Below are positions 47,001-56,616 of a DNA stretch of 64,000 nt, piece after piece. This stretch comes from Chloroherpetonaceae bacterium (GTDB lineage: Bacteria > Bacteroidota > Chlorobiia > Chlorobiales > Thermochlorobacteraceae). The notes under the pieces were generated by a model. That model saw only the letters and a list, made by a program, of their open reading frames with translations. It had not been told where the DNA came from and did not search any database. Each line of letters begins with the position of its first letter. The first letter of the stretch is position 1. The translations under genes and the position numbers were made by a program. The DNA is taken from assembly GCA_025055975.1 (NCBI GenBank), contig JANWWM010000016.1, positions 78,159 to 142,158 on the forward strand, read 5' to 3'.

Positions 47001-47744
47001 ATGAGACATCGCGCCTTTTTCGCGCTACGCATTTCTCTACTGTTCTGTTTTCTTTTGGACGCTTCCAATCTCGACGCGCAACGCCGTCCAAAACCCGAAC
47101 CTGAAATTTCTCCCGATTCGCTGCGCTTGTTGCTCTCGGCGAAAGGCAAAGAAGCCACGCTGCATGGGCTTTATTATCGCCATGTGATTGAGCAACTCAA
47201 CGCGATTGAGTCCGAGTATGTCAAGCTCGGCTACGACCAAAACCGCGTGAGCCAAGTCATTGACAGCGTCATCAAAGCCAACCCCAAGGAAGCGGACGCG
47301 ATACTTGTCGATCTTTCGCTTGGCAAAAGAATGGACGTCAAGCCCATTACGAAGCCGACGGGCAAATTCGATGGCTACCTTAGCCCAAACGCCGAACGTC
47401 AGATTCTCAACTTGCAATGGGACACGAAGAACAAACCCTTTCTTAGGAATCTCAAAGAAGGCAAATTTCCCGACCTCGATCGCGACATGGAGCAAATTCT
47501 CATCAACGAAGCCAATCAAAACAAGCTCGTCGAAGAGTATATGCGCAGCGCGATTTTGGAGCGCGTTAGGCAACACATCGGCAAGAAGCTCATTTTCGCG
47601 CTTGACGCAAACGACCCGTTGAGCGCGAAAATCGGCGATAGCGTCGAGTCTTATTTGCTCTCCAATCTGCGCGCCGTGCTCGCGGAAAAGAACGTGTCGG
47701 AACTGACCCAAATGATGAGCGTCGTCGACAAGTTCTTCGATTGA
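47001..47744 (+). CDS. hypothetical secreted protein
   Basis: The start was taken at MRHRAFFALRISLLFCFLLDASNLDAQ (signal-like). No recognisable domain. Confidence 0.4.
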   Translation: MRHRAFFALRISLLFCFLLDASNLDAQRRPKPEPEISPDSLRLLLSAKGKEATLHGLYYRHVIEQLNAIESEYVKLGYDQNRVSQVIDSVIKANPKEADAILVDLSLGKRMDVKPITKPTGKFDGYLSPNAERQILNLQWDTKNKPFLRNLKEGKFPDLDRDMEQILINEANQNKLVEEYMRSAILERVRQHIGKKLIFALDANDPLSAKIGDSVESYLLSNLRAVLAEKNVSELTQMMSVVDKFFD

Positions 47745-47825
47745 GTTTCCGCGTTTGCTTTTGCGAAGCGCTTGCGCTTGCTTATATTCGCGGCTCTTTT
47801 GAACGACAATTTCAGACAGCGCGAA

Positions 47826-48116
47826 ATGCCACAGCACAAATCAGCCGAAAAGCGCGTCCGCCAATCGAAGCGGCGCAATGCGTATAATCGTCAGCGCAAA
47901 GCCGAGATGAAGTCGCTCATCAAGAACGTCAAGCGCATCGTCGCCAGCAAAGGCTCGCTCGAAGACGCCCAAAAGGCGTTGAGCGAAGCGTTCAAGAAGT
48001 TGGACAAGATGGCGACCAAAGGCGTCATTCACAAGAACAACGCGGCGAACAAGAAATCCAAACTGACCAAGCTCGTCAAGTCTCTTGCGGCGGCGCGCTC
48101 GTCGGCGCAAGCCTAA
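47826..48116 (+). CDS. rpsT: 30S ribosomal protein S20
   Basis: MPQHKSAEKRVRQSKRRNAYNRQRK..., 96 aa from the internal Met. Confidence 0.95.
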   Translation: MPQHKSAEKRVRQSKRRNAYNRQRKAEMKSLIKNVKRIVASKGSLEDAQKALSEAFKKLDKMATKGVIHKNNAANKKSKLTKLVKSLAAARSSAQA

Positions 48117-48125
48117 CCGCCATCG

Positions 48126-48150
48126 AAAGCCGAAGTTTCTTCGGCTTTTT
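48126..48150 (+). terminator. rho-independent terminator after rpsT
   Basis: aaagccgaa-gtttc-ttcggcttt followed by TT. Confidence 0.7.
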
Positions 48151-48197
48151 GCTTTCAGCGTGAATCGCTCTCGAATCGCAAGCGCTCCCGTAATCCG

Positions 48198-48797
48198 ATG
48201 CTCGCTTATCTTGTCGGAACTCTCGTCGAGAAATCGCCGCTTGAAGTCGTCGTCGATGTGGGCGGCGTTGGCTACGCGGCGAGCGTAACGGCAAGCACGC
48301 ATCAACAACTTCCCCCGCTGGGCGAGAGAGTCAAACTTTTCACTTATCTCCATTTGCGAGAAGACGCGCTGGCGCTCTACGGCTTTGCGACCGAAGAAGA
48401 GCGCGAAATGTTCAAGCTTCTGCTCACCGCGTCGGGCGTTGGTCCGAAAACGGCGCAGACGATTCTTTCGGGAATGAACGCCAGCGAACTGCGCGAAGCC
48501 GTCATCGCTAACGACCTGCGCGCGCTGACGAACCTTTCGGGCGTGGGCAAGAAAACCGCCGAGCGCATTATGGTCGACCTGCGCGACAAAATCACGAAGC
48601 TCAATTTCAAGTCCTCGCCCGCTCTTCCCGTTCAGAGCGAAACGCAACAAGCGCGCAGCGACGCTTATTCGGCTCTTCTGGCGCTTGGCTATCCAAAACC
48701 CGTCGCCGAAAAAGCTCTGCGCGCCGCCATCGCCGAATCGCCAAACGCAAAAGTCGACGAACTCATCAAACTCGCCTTGCGACACGCGCAAGCCTAA
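48198..48797 (+). CDS. ruvA: Holliday junction branch-migration complex subunit RuvA
   Basis: MLAYLVGTLVEKSP...VDVGGVGY...LYGF..EEREMFKLLLTASGVGPKTAQTILS. Confidence 0.9.
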   Translation: MLAYLVGTLVEKSPLEVVVDVGGVGYAASVTASTHQQLPPLGERVKLFTYLHLREDALALYGFATEEEREMFKLLLTASGVGPKTAQTILSGMNASELREAVIANDLRALTNLSGVGKKTAERIMVDLRDKITKLNFKSSPALPVQSETQQARSDAYSALLALGYPKPVAEKALRAAIAESPNAKVDELIKLALRHAQA

Positions 48798-48812
48798 TCA
48801 CGCGCCACGCCA

Positions 48813-50111
48813 ATGTCCATCCTGACCTATCAAGACGCGCTCGATTTTCTCTTTCCGCTTCATCGCTTTGGAATCAAGCTCGGCTTGGAGACGATGGAAA
48901 CGCTCTGCAAAGCGTTGGGCAATCCTGAACGTCGCTTGGGGAAGGTGATTCACGTGGCGGGCACGAATGGAAAAGGCTCGACCTCGTCGCTCATCGCGTC
49001 CATCGCCAAAGAAAGCGGCGAAAAGGTCGCGCTCTACACGTCGCCGCACTTGGTCGATTTTGCCGAAAGAATCCGCTTGAACGGCGCGCCGATTCCGCAA
49101 GAAGCCGTCGCCGAGTATGTCCGCTTTCTTCGTCCGCTCGCCGAATCGACGGGCGCGACTTTTTTTGAAGTTACGACCGCGTTGGCGTTCAAATACTTCG
49201 CCGATAGCGGCGCGAGCCTTTCCGTCGTGGAGGTTGGAATGGGCGGTCGGCTCGATGCGACCAACGTCGTTCAACCCCACCTTTGCGTCATCACGCCCAT
49301 CGGGCTTGACCATACCGAGTGGCTCGGTCCCGACATTCCCTCCATCGCCCTCGAAAAAGCAGGCATCATCAAGCCAAACGCGAGAACGATTCTTTCGCAT
49401 CAAACCCTTGACGCGATGGAAGTCCTCGCTCGCGCCGCCAAAGAAAAAAAATCCAAACTCTCGATCGTGCCGGCGATTACGCGCGTCGGCTCGGCGACGA
49501 GTTCCATCGGGAAAATGCGTTTCCATTTGCACACCGACCGTCAAAGCTACTACGGCTTGGAAACGCCGCTCTGGGCGGAGTATCAAAAGGAAAATTTGAG
49601 GACGGCGATCGTCGTGGCGGAACAAATGAACTTTTCGGAAGCGGCGATTCGCAACGGCGTTCTGCATGTGATTGAAAATTCGGGGCTTCGCGGGCGATTG
49701 GAGGTCGTTTCGCGCGATCCGCTCACGATTCTCGACGTCTCGCACAATCCGCATGGCGTTGAGGCGACGGTCGAGGCTCTGAAAAAGCATCGCCAGGAGT
49801 TCGAGCGCCTGCTCGTCGTTTTTGGCGCGATGCGCGACAAAGACGCGAAAGGAATGCTTCTCAAACTTGGCGAGCTCGCTTCGTCGTTTTTCTTCGCCAC
49901 GCCGCAAACCGAGCGCGCCCTCGACGCGCAGAGCCTTGAAAATCTTTCCTGCGAACTCCGCTTAAATGGCAAAGCCTGCGGCTCGACCGCCAATGCCCTA
50001 TCCGCCGCCAAATCCGCCGCTCAACGCTCCGACTTGATTTTGATAACAGGCTCGTTCTACCTCGCGGGCGAAGCCTTGTCGGCTTTTCCCGCTCAACTTC
50101 AAGGCGCGTAG
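48813..50111 (+). CDS. folC: bifunctional folylpolyglutamate synthase / dihydrofolate synthase
   Basis: P-loop IHVAGTNGKGST and Mur-ligase-type blocks. Length is 432 aa. Confidence 0.9.
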   Translation: MSILTYQDALDFLFPLHRFGIKLGLETMETLCKALGNPERRLGKVIHVAGTNGKGSTSSLIASIAKESGEKVALYTSPHLVDFAERIRLNGAPIPQEAVAEYVRFLRPLAESTGATFFEVTTALAFKYFADSGASLSVVEVGMGGRLDATNVVQPHLCVITPIGLDHTEWLGPDIPSIALEKAGIIKPNARTILSHQTLDAMEVLARAAKEKKSKLSIVPAITRVGSATSSIGKMRFHLHTDRQSYYGLETPLWAEYQKENLRTAIVVAEQMNFSEAAIRNGVLHVIENSGLRGRLEVVSRDPLTILDVSHNPHGVEATVEALKKHRQEFERLLVVFGAMRDKDAKGMLLKLGELASSFFFATPQTERALDAQSLENLSCELRLNGKACGSTANALSAAKSAAQRSDLILITGSFYLAGEALSAFPAQLQGA

Positions 50112-50180
50112 AACGTCGCAGGTCATCGGTTTCAAACGAGAGCTCGCGCGCAACCGAATTTCCGCGTCAAGTTTGGTCGT

Positions 50181-52106
50181 TCAACTTTCTTGCTCGGTCG
50201 CAAGGGGTAACTCCACGACGAAGAGAGAACCTTTGTCGGGTCCGTCGCTGTGCGCGTAGACTCTGCCGCCGTGCAACTCGACGATTTGTTTGACGATCGA
50301 CAGTCCCAAGCCCGTCGAGCTTTCTCCCCCCGTTGGCTTTGCCGAAAGACGCTGAAACTTTCCGAACATTTTGGCTTTGTCCTCTTCGGTGAATCCCAAT
50401 CCTTCGTCTTTCACCTCAATGATGGCGACGCTCTTTTCGGGGACGGTCGCGGTTTTGATCCAGATGTTCTTTCCGTTTGGCGAATACTTAATGGCGTTGG
50501 AGACGAGGTTATCGACAACGTCGCAGATGCGGTCGTAGTCGCAACGGGCAAGGCAGTTTGAGGCGAGTTCGAGCTTGATGCGCTGTTTTTTGCGCTCGGC
50601 GTTCTGACGCTGATGGTTTGCGACGACGGAGACGACGACGGAGAGGTCAATGGGTTGAATGACGAGTTCCAACTTGCCTTGTTCGAGCGCGGCGACTTCG
50701 AGCAGGTCGGAGATAAGTTTCGTCATGCGTTGCGCGCTGCGTTTGACGGCGGAAATCATCTCGCGCAGTTCGTTTAGTTGCGACGGCGCGTTAGGCTTGC
50801 CTTCCAAGTTGTTGAGGTTTTCTTCGATGATTTCCGAAAAGCCCGCGATGGTGGTAAGCGGGTTTCGCAAGTCGTGCGCGGCAATGCCGAGCAGTTCGGT
50901 CTTGACGGCGTTGGCTTGTTCGGCGATTTTTCGTTGTTCTTCGGCTTGCTCGCGTTGCAGGTCGGCGAGTTTCCGCAATCGTTCCGCGTCTCGGAGCGCG
51001 TGGGCGAGCGCTTCGTTGGCTTTTCGCAGCTCGATGTTGCGAAGTTGGTAGATTTTCTTTTCGCGCTCCGCTCTTTCGGTTTCGAACTTCATCTGCAAAC
51101 TGCGAATTTTCCGCGCCGTCTCTTGACTATATATCTCCTCTCGGCAGACTTCGTATTTCTTGCGATACTCGATGGCATCGACGAGATTTCCTTCCAATTC
51201 GCAAACGGCGGAAAGAGACTTGTAAGCGTCGCAGATGAGCTCGAGCGCGTTGATTTTTTGCGCGATTTCAAGAGCTTTCTGAATGAATTGCGCGGCTTCG
51301 ACATAGTGTCCGAGGCTATGATAGATCGTGCCGATGTTGTTGAGCGTGAACGCGACGCTTGGCTTGTCGTCGCATTGCTCGAAAATTTCAAGGCTTTGAT
51401 TCAGGCAGTTCAGGGCTTGCTCGTAGTCGCCGATTTGATGATAAAACGTGCCGATGTTGAGCACGGCGTTTGCCCAGCCCAATTTGTCGCCCGTCTGTTC
51501 GGCGAGCGACATGCTGCGAATGTAGCAATCGAGCGCGTTGCCTTCGTCTCCCAAGCGTTCATAAACGCCGCCGATGTTCGACAGCGAGCGCGCCTGCCCC
51601 ATGCAATCATTGATGTTTTCTTTGAGACGCAGGCTTTTGAGGTGATATTGAAGCGCGCTTTCGTTCTCCCCCAACTTTTGATACACGTTGCCGATGTTGT
51701 TGCAAGCCGCCGCCATTCCCGCCTCGTCGCCGACTTCTTCGTAAAGACGGAGCGATTCGAGGTAGTAGTCGAGCGCGTTGGCGAACGCGCCCAAGCTTTC
51801 GTAGGACACGCCGATGGTGTTCAACGCCGAGGCCTGTCCATGCGCGTCGTTTATTTCCTCGAAAATCCGCGTCGCCTCGATCGACTTAATGAGCGCGTCT
51901 TCGTAGTTGGCGAGGATTTGACTGCACGCGCCCTCGTTGCGCAAACTATACGCCAACCCGCGTTTGTATTCTTCTTGCTGGGCGAGTTGATAAGCCGTTC
52001 CCGAAAGCTCCATCGCGGTCGCCGTGTCGGAGTGGCGCATCGACCATGCTTGGTCGTTTAGCGCGTCGATTTGCTCTTTGATGTCAGATGAAACCTGCTG
52101 CGTCAT
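50181..52106 (-). CDS. soluble TPR-repeat sensor histidine kinase
   Basis: About 8 TPR units (NIGNVYQKLGENESALQY... and similar), a coiled coil, H-box LLGIAAHDLRNPL, and HATPase_c blocks NAIKYSP, DEGLGF and GLGLSIVKQIVELHGG. No TM helix is visible. Confidence 0.85.
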   Translation of the reverse strand: MTQQVSSDIKEQIDALNDQAWSMRHSDTATAMELSGTAYQLAQQEEYKRGLAYSLRNEGACSQILANYEDALIKSIEATRIFEEINDAHGQASALNTIGVSYESLGAFANALDYYLESLRLYEEVGDEAGMAAACNNIGNVYQKLGENESALQYHLKSLRLKENINDCMGQARSLSNIGGVYERLGDEGNALDCYIRSMSLAEQTGDKLGWANAVLNIGTFYHQIGDYEQALNCLNQSLEIFEQCDDKPSVAFTLNNIGTIYHSLGHYVEAAQFIQKALEIAQKINALELICDAYKSLSAVCELEGNLVDAIEYRKKYEVCREEIYSQETARKIRSLQMKFETERAEREKKIYQLRNIELRKANEALAHALRDAERLRKLADLQREQAEEQRKIAEQANAVKTELLGIAAHDLRNPLTTIAGFSEIIEENLNNLEGKPNAPSQLNELREMISAVKRSAQRMTKLISDLLEVAALEQGKLELVIQPIDLSVVVSVVANHQRQNAERKKQRIKLELASNCLARCDYDRICDVVDNLVSNAIKYSPNGKNIWIKTATVPEKSVAIIEVKDEGLGFTEEDKAKMFGKFQRLSAKPTGGESSTGLGLSIVKQIVELHGGRVYAHSDGPDKGSLFVVELPLATEQES

Positions 52107-52136
52107 GTGTTTCTTCGTTGGTAAAGTTGACTCTCT

Positions 52137-54116
52137 TCAACTCTCTTCAACGGGCAACTCGATTACAAAGGTAGCGCCTTTGTCTCTGCCGTCGGAAGTC
52201 GCCCAGATGGCTCCGTGATGCAGTTCGACGAGTTGTTTGACGATGGAAAGCCCCAATCCCGTCGACGATTCTCCCCCCGTTGGTTTCGCCGAAAGTCGCT
52301 GAAAGCGTCGGAAGAGTTTGGCTTTGTCTTCTTCCGTGAAGCCTTGCCCTTCGTCCTGCACGGCGATTTGAACGACGGGTTCGCAAATTTTCTCGCCTTT
52401 CTCCAACGCTCTGACGCGCACGCGAATCGTTTTTTCGGGATAGGAATACTTAATCGCGTTGGAGAGAAGATTGTCGAGAATCTCGCGCAATCTGTCTTCG
52501 TCCACGTAGGCGATCGCTCCGTCTTCGATGTCCTCGCAGATTTGAAGCGATTTTTTGGCGGCGCGATGTTCGTAACTGGCGACCATCAGCATCGCCAATT
52601 GCCCGACATCGACTTTCCTGCGATTGAGCGCGATGTTTCCGCTCTCGATTTCGCTCATTTCCAGAACCTGACGGATGATCGATAGCATGCGTTCCGTGAA
52701 CTCGCCGATGAGCGCGACCATTCGTTCTTGCTGTCGCCTATCGGATGTCGCCAGAATGTTTTGCGCGAATTCCAAGATGGCTGCGAGCGGATTTTTGAGG
52801 TCGTGCGCCGCAATCGCCAAAAACTCGCTTTTGAGCTGATTGGCTTCTTTGAGCGCGGCGTTGGCTTCGGCGAGCATTTCGTTGGCTTTGGCGAGCTCAA
52901 TGTTTTTGAGGCGATAAATCTCGGCTTCTTGTCGGGCTTTCTGAACTTCGTTTCGGGCAATCAAGGCGTGCAAGCGTTCTTCGGTTCGCTCTTCAAGGGC
53001 TTGCGCGTGGGCTTGTTGGAATGTTTTGAAGAGATCGAAGGCTCGCTCGATGTCGCCTCTGGCTTCGTAGAGTTCAGCCAAACTTTTGCAGGCTTCGGCG
53101 AGATATTTTTTGGAGCGAATTTCCGTCGCCAGTTCGCGCGCTTTCAAGAGCCATTCAATCGCTTCTTCGTCTCGATTTTCTTGCTTGAAGAACATGCCGA
53201 TGTTGAGCAGGGTTTCAGTCTCGAAGAGTTTGTCGCCAGTTTGTTGAGAGAGTCGAAGGCTTTTTTGGTAACACTCGAGCGCGTCGCGTCGACGACTGCC
53301 GTTTTTTGCGAAGAGCAAGCCGAGGTTGTTGAGCGCGTTGGCTTCGCCTTGTTTGTCGCCCAGCTCGGAATGGATGCGCAACGCTTCGTTGTAGCATCGG
53401 ATTGCCTCGTCCTCTTCCCCAAGTCTTTCAAGCGCCAAGCCAAGATTGTTAATCGCGTTGGCTTCGCCTTGCAAATTCTTGCTTCGACGGAAGCCCTCAA
53501 CGCCGCGCAAGGCGTAGTCGCGGGCTTCGGCGAATTTTCCCCAATAGTAATGAATGATGCCGATGTTCGTGAGAGTCGCCGCCTCGCCTTCTTCGTCGCT
53601 GATTTCTTGGCGAATTTTCAAGGCGTTGAAGTAGTAGGAAAGCGCGGTTGGATAATCTTCCAAGCGCATATACAAGTTGCCAATGTTGTTGAGGCTAATG
53701 CCAACGCCTTCTCGGTCGCCGTTTTTTTCGCGCAGTTCGAGGGCGCGCAGGTGGCAGTTGAGCGCCTCAATTTCGTTTTTTAGGCGCTCGTAGGCGTTTC
53801 CAAGCCAGTTAATCGCTTTGGCTTCGCCGAGTTCGTCGCCCAATTGCGCCATTTTCTTGCTTGCTTCCATCAAGAGCGTTTTGGCTTCGCCAAATTCCGC
53901 CAAAATCCAATGCGCCACGCCTTGATTGAGCAAGGAATACGCTTCGCCTTTCAGATACCCCGCCGTTTCCGCCAAGCCTTGCGCCTCTTGGGCGCATCGC
54001 AACGCTTGACGCGCGTTCTGGAAGCGCAGCGCCCAACTCCGCTCGTTGAGCGCGTCGATTCGCTCAATTTCCTTCGACGACGTCGGCTCCTGAACTTCCG
54101 ACACGTTTTTTTCCAT
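52137..54116 (-). CDS. soluble TPR-repeat sensor histidine kinase (paralogue of 50181-52106)
   Basis: The start was taken at MEKNVSEV. Same architecture, with H-box FLAIAAHDLKNPL and a C-terminal FQRLSAKPTGGESSTGLGLSIVKQLVELHHG nearly identical to its neighbour's. Confidence 0.85.
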   Translation of the reverse strand: MEKNVSEVQEPTSSKEIERIDALNERSWALRFQNARQALRCAQEAQGLAETAGYLKGEAYSLLNQGVAHWILAEFGEAKTLLMEASKKMAQLGDELGEAKAINWLGNAYERLKNEIEALNCHLRALELREKNGDREGVGISLNNIGNLYMRLEDYPTALSYYFNALKIRQEISDEEGEAATLTNIGIIHYYWGKFAEARDYALRGVEGFRRSKNLQGEANAINNLGLALERLGEEDEAIRCYNEALRIHSELGDKQGEANALNNLGLLFAKNGSRRRDALECYQKSLRLSQQTGDKLFETETLLNIGMFFKQENRDEEAIEWLLKARELATEIRSKKYLAEACKSLAELYEARGDIERAFDLFKTFQQAHAQALEERTEERLHALIARNEVQKARQEAEIYRLKNIELAKANEMLAEANAALKEANQLKSEFLAIAAHDLKNPLAAILEFAQNILATSDRRQQERMVALIGEFTERMLSIIRQVLEMSEIESGNIALNRRKVDVGQLAMLMVASYEHRAAKKSLQICEDIEDGAIAYVDEDRLREILDNLLSNAIKYSYPEKTIRVRVRALEKGEKICEPVVQIAVQDEGQGFTEEDKAKLFRRFQRLSAKPTGGESSTGLGLSIVKQLVELHHGAIWATSDGRDKGATFVIELPVEES

Positions 54117-54300
54117 TCGCGTCCTCGATCGTCGATTTGGGTTTTCGCGTTTTGGCGAATCAACGTAAGGATTTTTCCGATTCCTTTGAAAAGGGTGAAA
54201 AGGGGCGCGCTCGAAAACAAAAGCGCACGGCATCATTCCGCGCGCTAGGGCGACGTCCATCGCGTCGCTGATGTTTATCCGTTTATGCGTCCCGACGGGA

Positions 54301-54693
54301 TCACAACGGCGGATTGACCGTTTCTTTCAAAACCAGATTCTTGACCTTCACCCCGATGATTTCGCTGCCGCGAATGGGTTGCGTGAAAATTTGACGCGCA
54401 TCGACCTTGAAACTGCCATAGACATAATCGACTTCCTTTCCATATGGCAACCAATCCCAACGAGTGTTGATTTCAAGGTAGAATCTCGCGTCTTGGTCGT
54501 AATCGTTCTTGATTTCAAACTGCATCGCTCGATCGCTCAGATGTTGATAGCGATACGAGAGCAGGTTTTGATGACCGTCTTTGATGGGAATCCAATCGCT
54601 CCAAGCGGCAGATTCGGACGTTCTCGCGGCGGAAAGCAGCATTGCGCAGGCAAGCGACGCGAGAAAAAGCGGAAGTTTGGCGATGCGTTTCAT
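54301..54693 (-). CDS. hypothetical small secreted protein
   Basis: Signal peptide MKRIAKLPLFLASLACAMLLSAA. The 130-aa sequence looks beta-rich. No domain was recognised. Confidence 0.45.
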   Translation of the reverse strand: MKRIAKLPLFLASLACAMLLSAARTSESAAWSDWIPIKDGHQNLLSYRYQHLSDRAMQFEIKNDYDQDARFYLEINTRWDWLPYGKEVDYVYGSFKVDARQIFTQPIRGSEIIGVKVKNLVLKETVNPPL

Positions 54694-54948
54694 AATGACC
54701 TCCCAATACGGTTAAAATTTTCTCAGGAAGTCTGGCAGATAGAGGCAAATGTCGGAAGGAAATGTCAAAGTCCTTTCGGCAAGTGCGTGTCGTCAGACGC
54801 TTAAAAGAACTTTTGCTTCTCTTTACGAAGGTTGGCGCAAAGAGTTCCCGCCGAGCGAAATTTTTTTTGGTTTCGTCGGGTTTGTTGCGCAAAACGCGAA
54901 TGAGTATTTTTGGCTTGGGGCTTTTTTAACCTGCGTTTTTGGATTTCA

Positions 54949-55911
54949 ATGTTCGCGCCGCCGACTGCGCTCGATGCACGGGATTTTCGCGTTTCGCTCG
55001 TGGGCGCGGGCGCGCTTGGATCCGCTCTCGCAAAGCGGCTTGCCAACGCAGGCTATCCTTTCGTTTCCATCGTCAATCGCACGTTAAGCGACGCGCGTCG
55101 GCTCGCCGACGAGATCGGCGTTTCGACCTATTCCGACAATCTGAGCGATCTTTCGCCGCAGACGAATTTGCTTTTGCTCGCGGTTTCCGACCACGCCCTT
55201 GAAAGCGTCGCCGAAGCGGTTTCAAAACTTCATCTCCCCTTTCATCGCTTGACGGTCGCGCAGTTTTCAGGCGCGCTGACGACCGACGCGCTTGGCGCTC
55301 TCGTTCGAAAAGGCGCCATCGCGCTCTCGCTTCACCCGTTTCAAACGTTTCCGAAAGGCATTTCCGAAAAAGAGGTCGAGCAATCGTTCAAATGTTATTT
55401 CGGCTTGCAAGCCGACGAATTGGAAGGCGTTGAGATTGGCAAGAAACTCGCGCATGACTTGGGCGGCAAAGTGATGCTCGTGCCGAAAGAAGCCAAAACG
55501 CTCTATCACATCGCGGGCGTGATGGCGAGCAATTATCTCGTAACGCTGGCGAGTTTGTCGTCGGAAGTTTTTGCCGCGTTGGGCTTGTCGCCCAAAGACG
55601 CCGCCAAAGTCATCGAGCCGATTATGCGTCAAACGCTCAGCAACATCGCCTCCGCGCCGACCATCGCCGACGCGCTCACGGGTCCGATTGAACGCGGCGA
55701 CGCCAAAATCATCGAGCGGCACTTGCGCGAACTTTCCGAGCAAATTCCGCATCTGCTTCCCGTTTATGCCGCGCTCGCCATCGAGACCGCTCGCGTGGCG
55801 ATTCACAAAGGATCGATTTCGCAAAACGACGCTTCCGAAATTTTGGAGATGCTCGAAACCGCCAGCCGCCGCGAAAGCGAATCCGAGCAACCCTCTTCGC
55901 CCTCCGTTTGA
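54949..55911 (+). CDS. Rossmann-fold plus DUF2520 domain protein (ProC/ketopantoate-reductase-like)
   Basis: VSLVGAGALGSALAKRLANAGY dinucleotide-binding fold, and a C-terminal helical domain with YHIAGVMASNYLVTL. Confidence 0.7.
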   Translation: MFAPPTALDARDFRVSLVGAGALGSALAKRLANAGYPFVSIVNRTLSDARRLADEIGVSTYSDNLSDLSPQTNLLLLAVSDHALESVAEAVSKLHLPFHRLTVAQFSGALTTDALGALVRKGAIALSLHPFQTFPKGISEKEVEQSFKCYFGLQADELEGVEIGKKLAHDLGGKVMLVPKEAKTLYHIAGVMASNYLVTLASLSSEVFAALGLSPKDAAKVIEPIMRQTLSNIASAPTIADALTGPIERGDAKIIERHLRELSEQIPHLLPVYAALAIETARVAIHKGSISQNDASEILEMLETASRRESESEQPSSPSV

Positions 55912-55997
55912 GCGCAACTTCTTTTGCGAAAAAAGCGTAACTTCGAGCCGTTTTGCGAGAAAAGAACTTCCTAACAAACCGAAACTCACCAGAAACC

Positions 55998-56561
55998 ATG
56001 CGACGCATTCCTCTTTATGCCGCTCTGCTTCTTGCGCTCTTCGCCATTGGTTGCGGCGGACAAAAAGCGCTTCAAAAGGCTGATTTGGGCGACATTCCCG
56101 ATTGGTATGCCAACCCTCCGCGCGACCCCAATCCCGACAATCCGAAAATGCTCTACGGCACGGCGACCGAAACCTCCCAAGATATGCAGTTCGCCATCAA
56201 CAAAGCCGAAACGGGCGCGCGCTCCAATGTCGCTCGTCAGCTCGAATCCACCATTCAGGGCTTGATGGCGAAGTTCCGAGAAGAAACGGGCACGGGACAA
56301 GATCCGCAACTGTTGCAAATGTCGACCGAGGTCGAAAAGACCATCGTCAATACGAAGCTTTCTGGCGCGCGCATCGCCAAACAGCACATCGTCCGCGACG
56401 GCAATTTGTATCGCGCCTATGTGCTCGTCGAATACTCGACCGAAGCCGCCAAGAAAGCCTTGATTGACGAAATCAAACGCAACGAGCAAGCCTATACGCG
56501 CTATCGCGCTTCCAAAGCCTTCGCCGATTTGGAACGCGAAATTTCGAAGCAAGAAAAGTAA
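55998..56561 (+). CDS. LPP20-like lipoprotein
   Basis: The start was taken at MRRIPLYAALLLALFAIGCGG (lipobox). The mature part resembles LPP20-type lipoproteins (AINKAETGARSNVARQL...YRAYVLVEY). Confidence 0.5.
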   Translation: MRRIPLYAALLLALFAIGCGGQKALQKADLGDIPDWYANPPRDPNPDNPKMLYGTATETSQDMQFAINKAETGARSNVARQLESTIQGLMAKFREETGTGQDPQLLQMSTEVEKTIVNTKLSGARIAKQHIVRDGNLYRAYVLVEYSTEAAKKALIDEIKRNEQAYTRYRASKAFADLEREISKQEK

Positions 56562-56585
56562 GGCGCATCGAACGCGATGCGGAAA

Positions 56586-56609
56586 GCGACCCTTTGCGGT
56601 CGCTTTTTT
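56586..56609. terminator. hairpin plus T-run between the convergent LPP20-like and kinase genes
   Basis: gcgacc-ctttgc-ggtcgc-tttttt. A second hairpin, cgcatcg-aacg-cgatgcg, lies just upstream at 56563-56581. Confidence 0.6.
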
Positions 56610-56616
56610 GTTTTCT

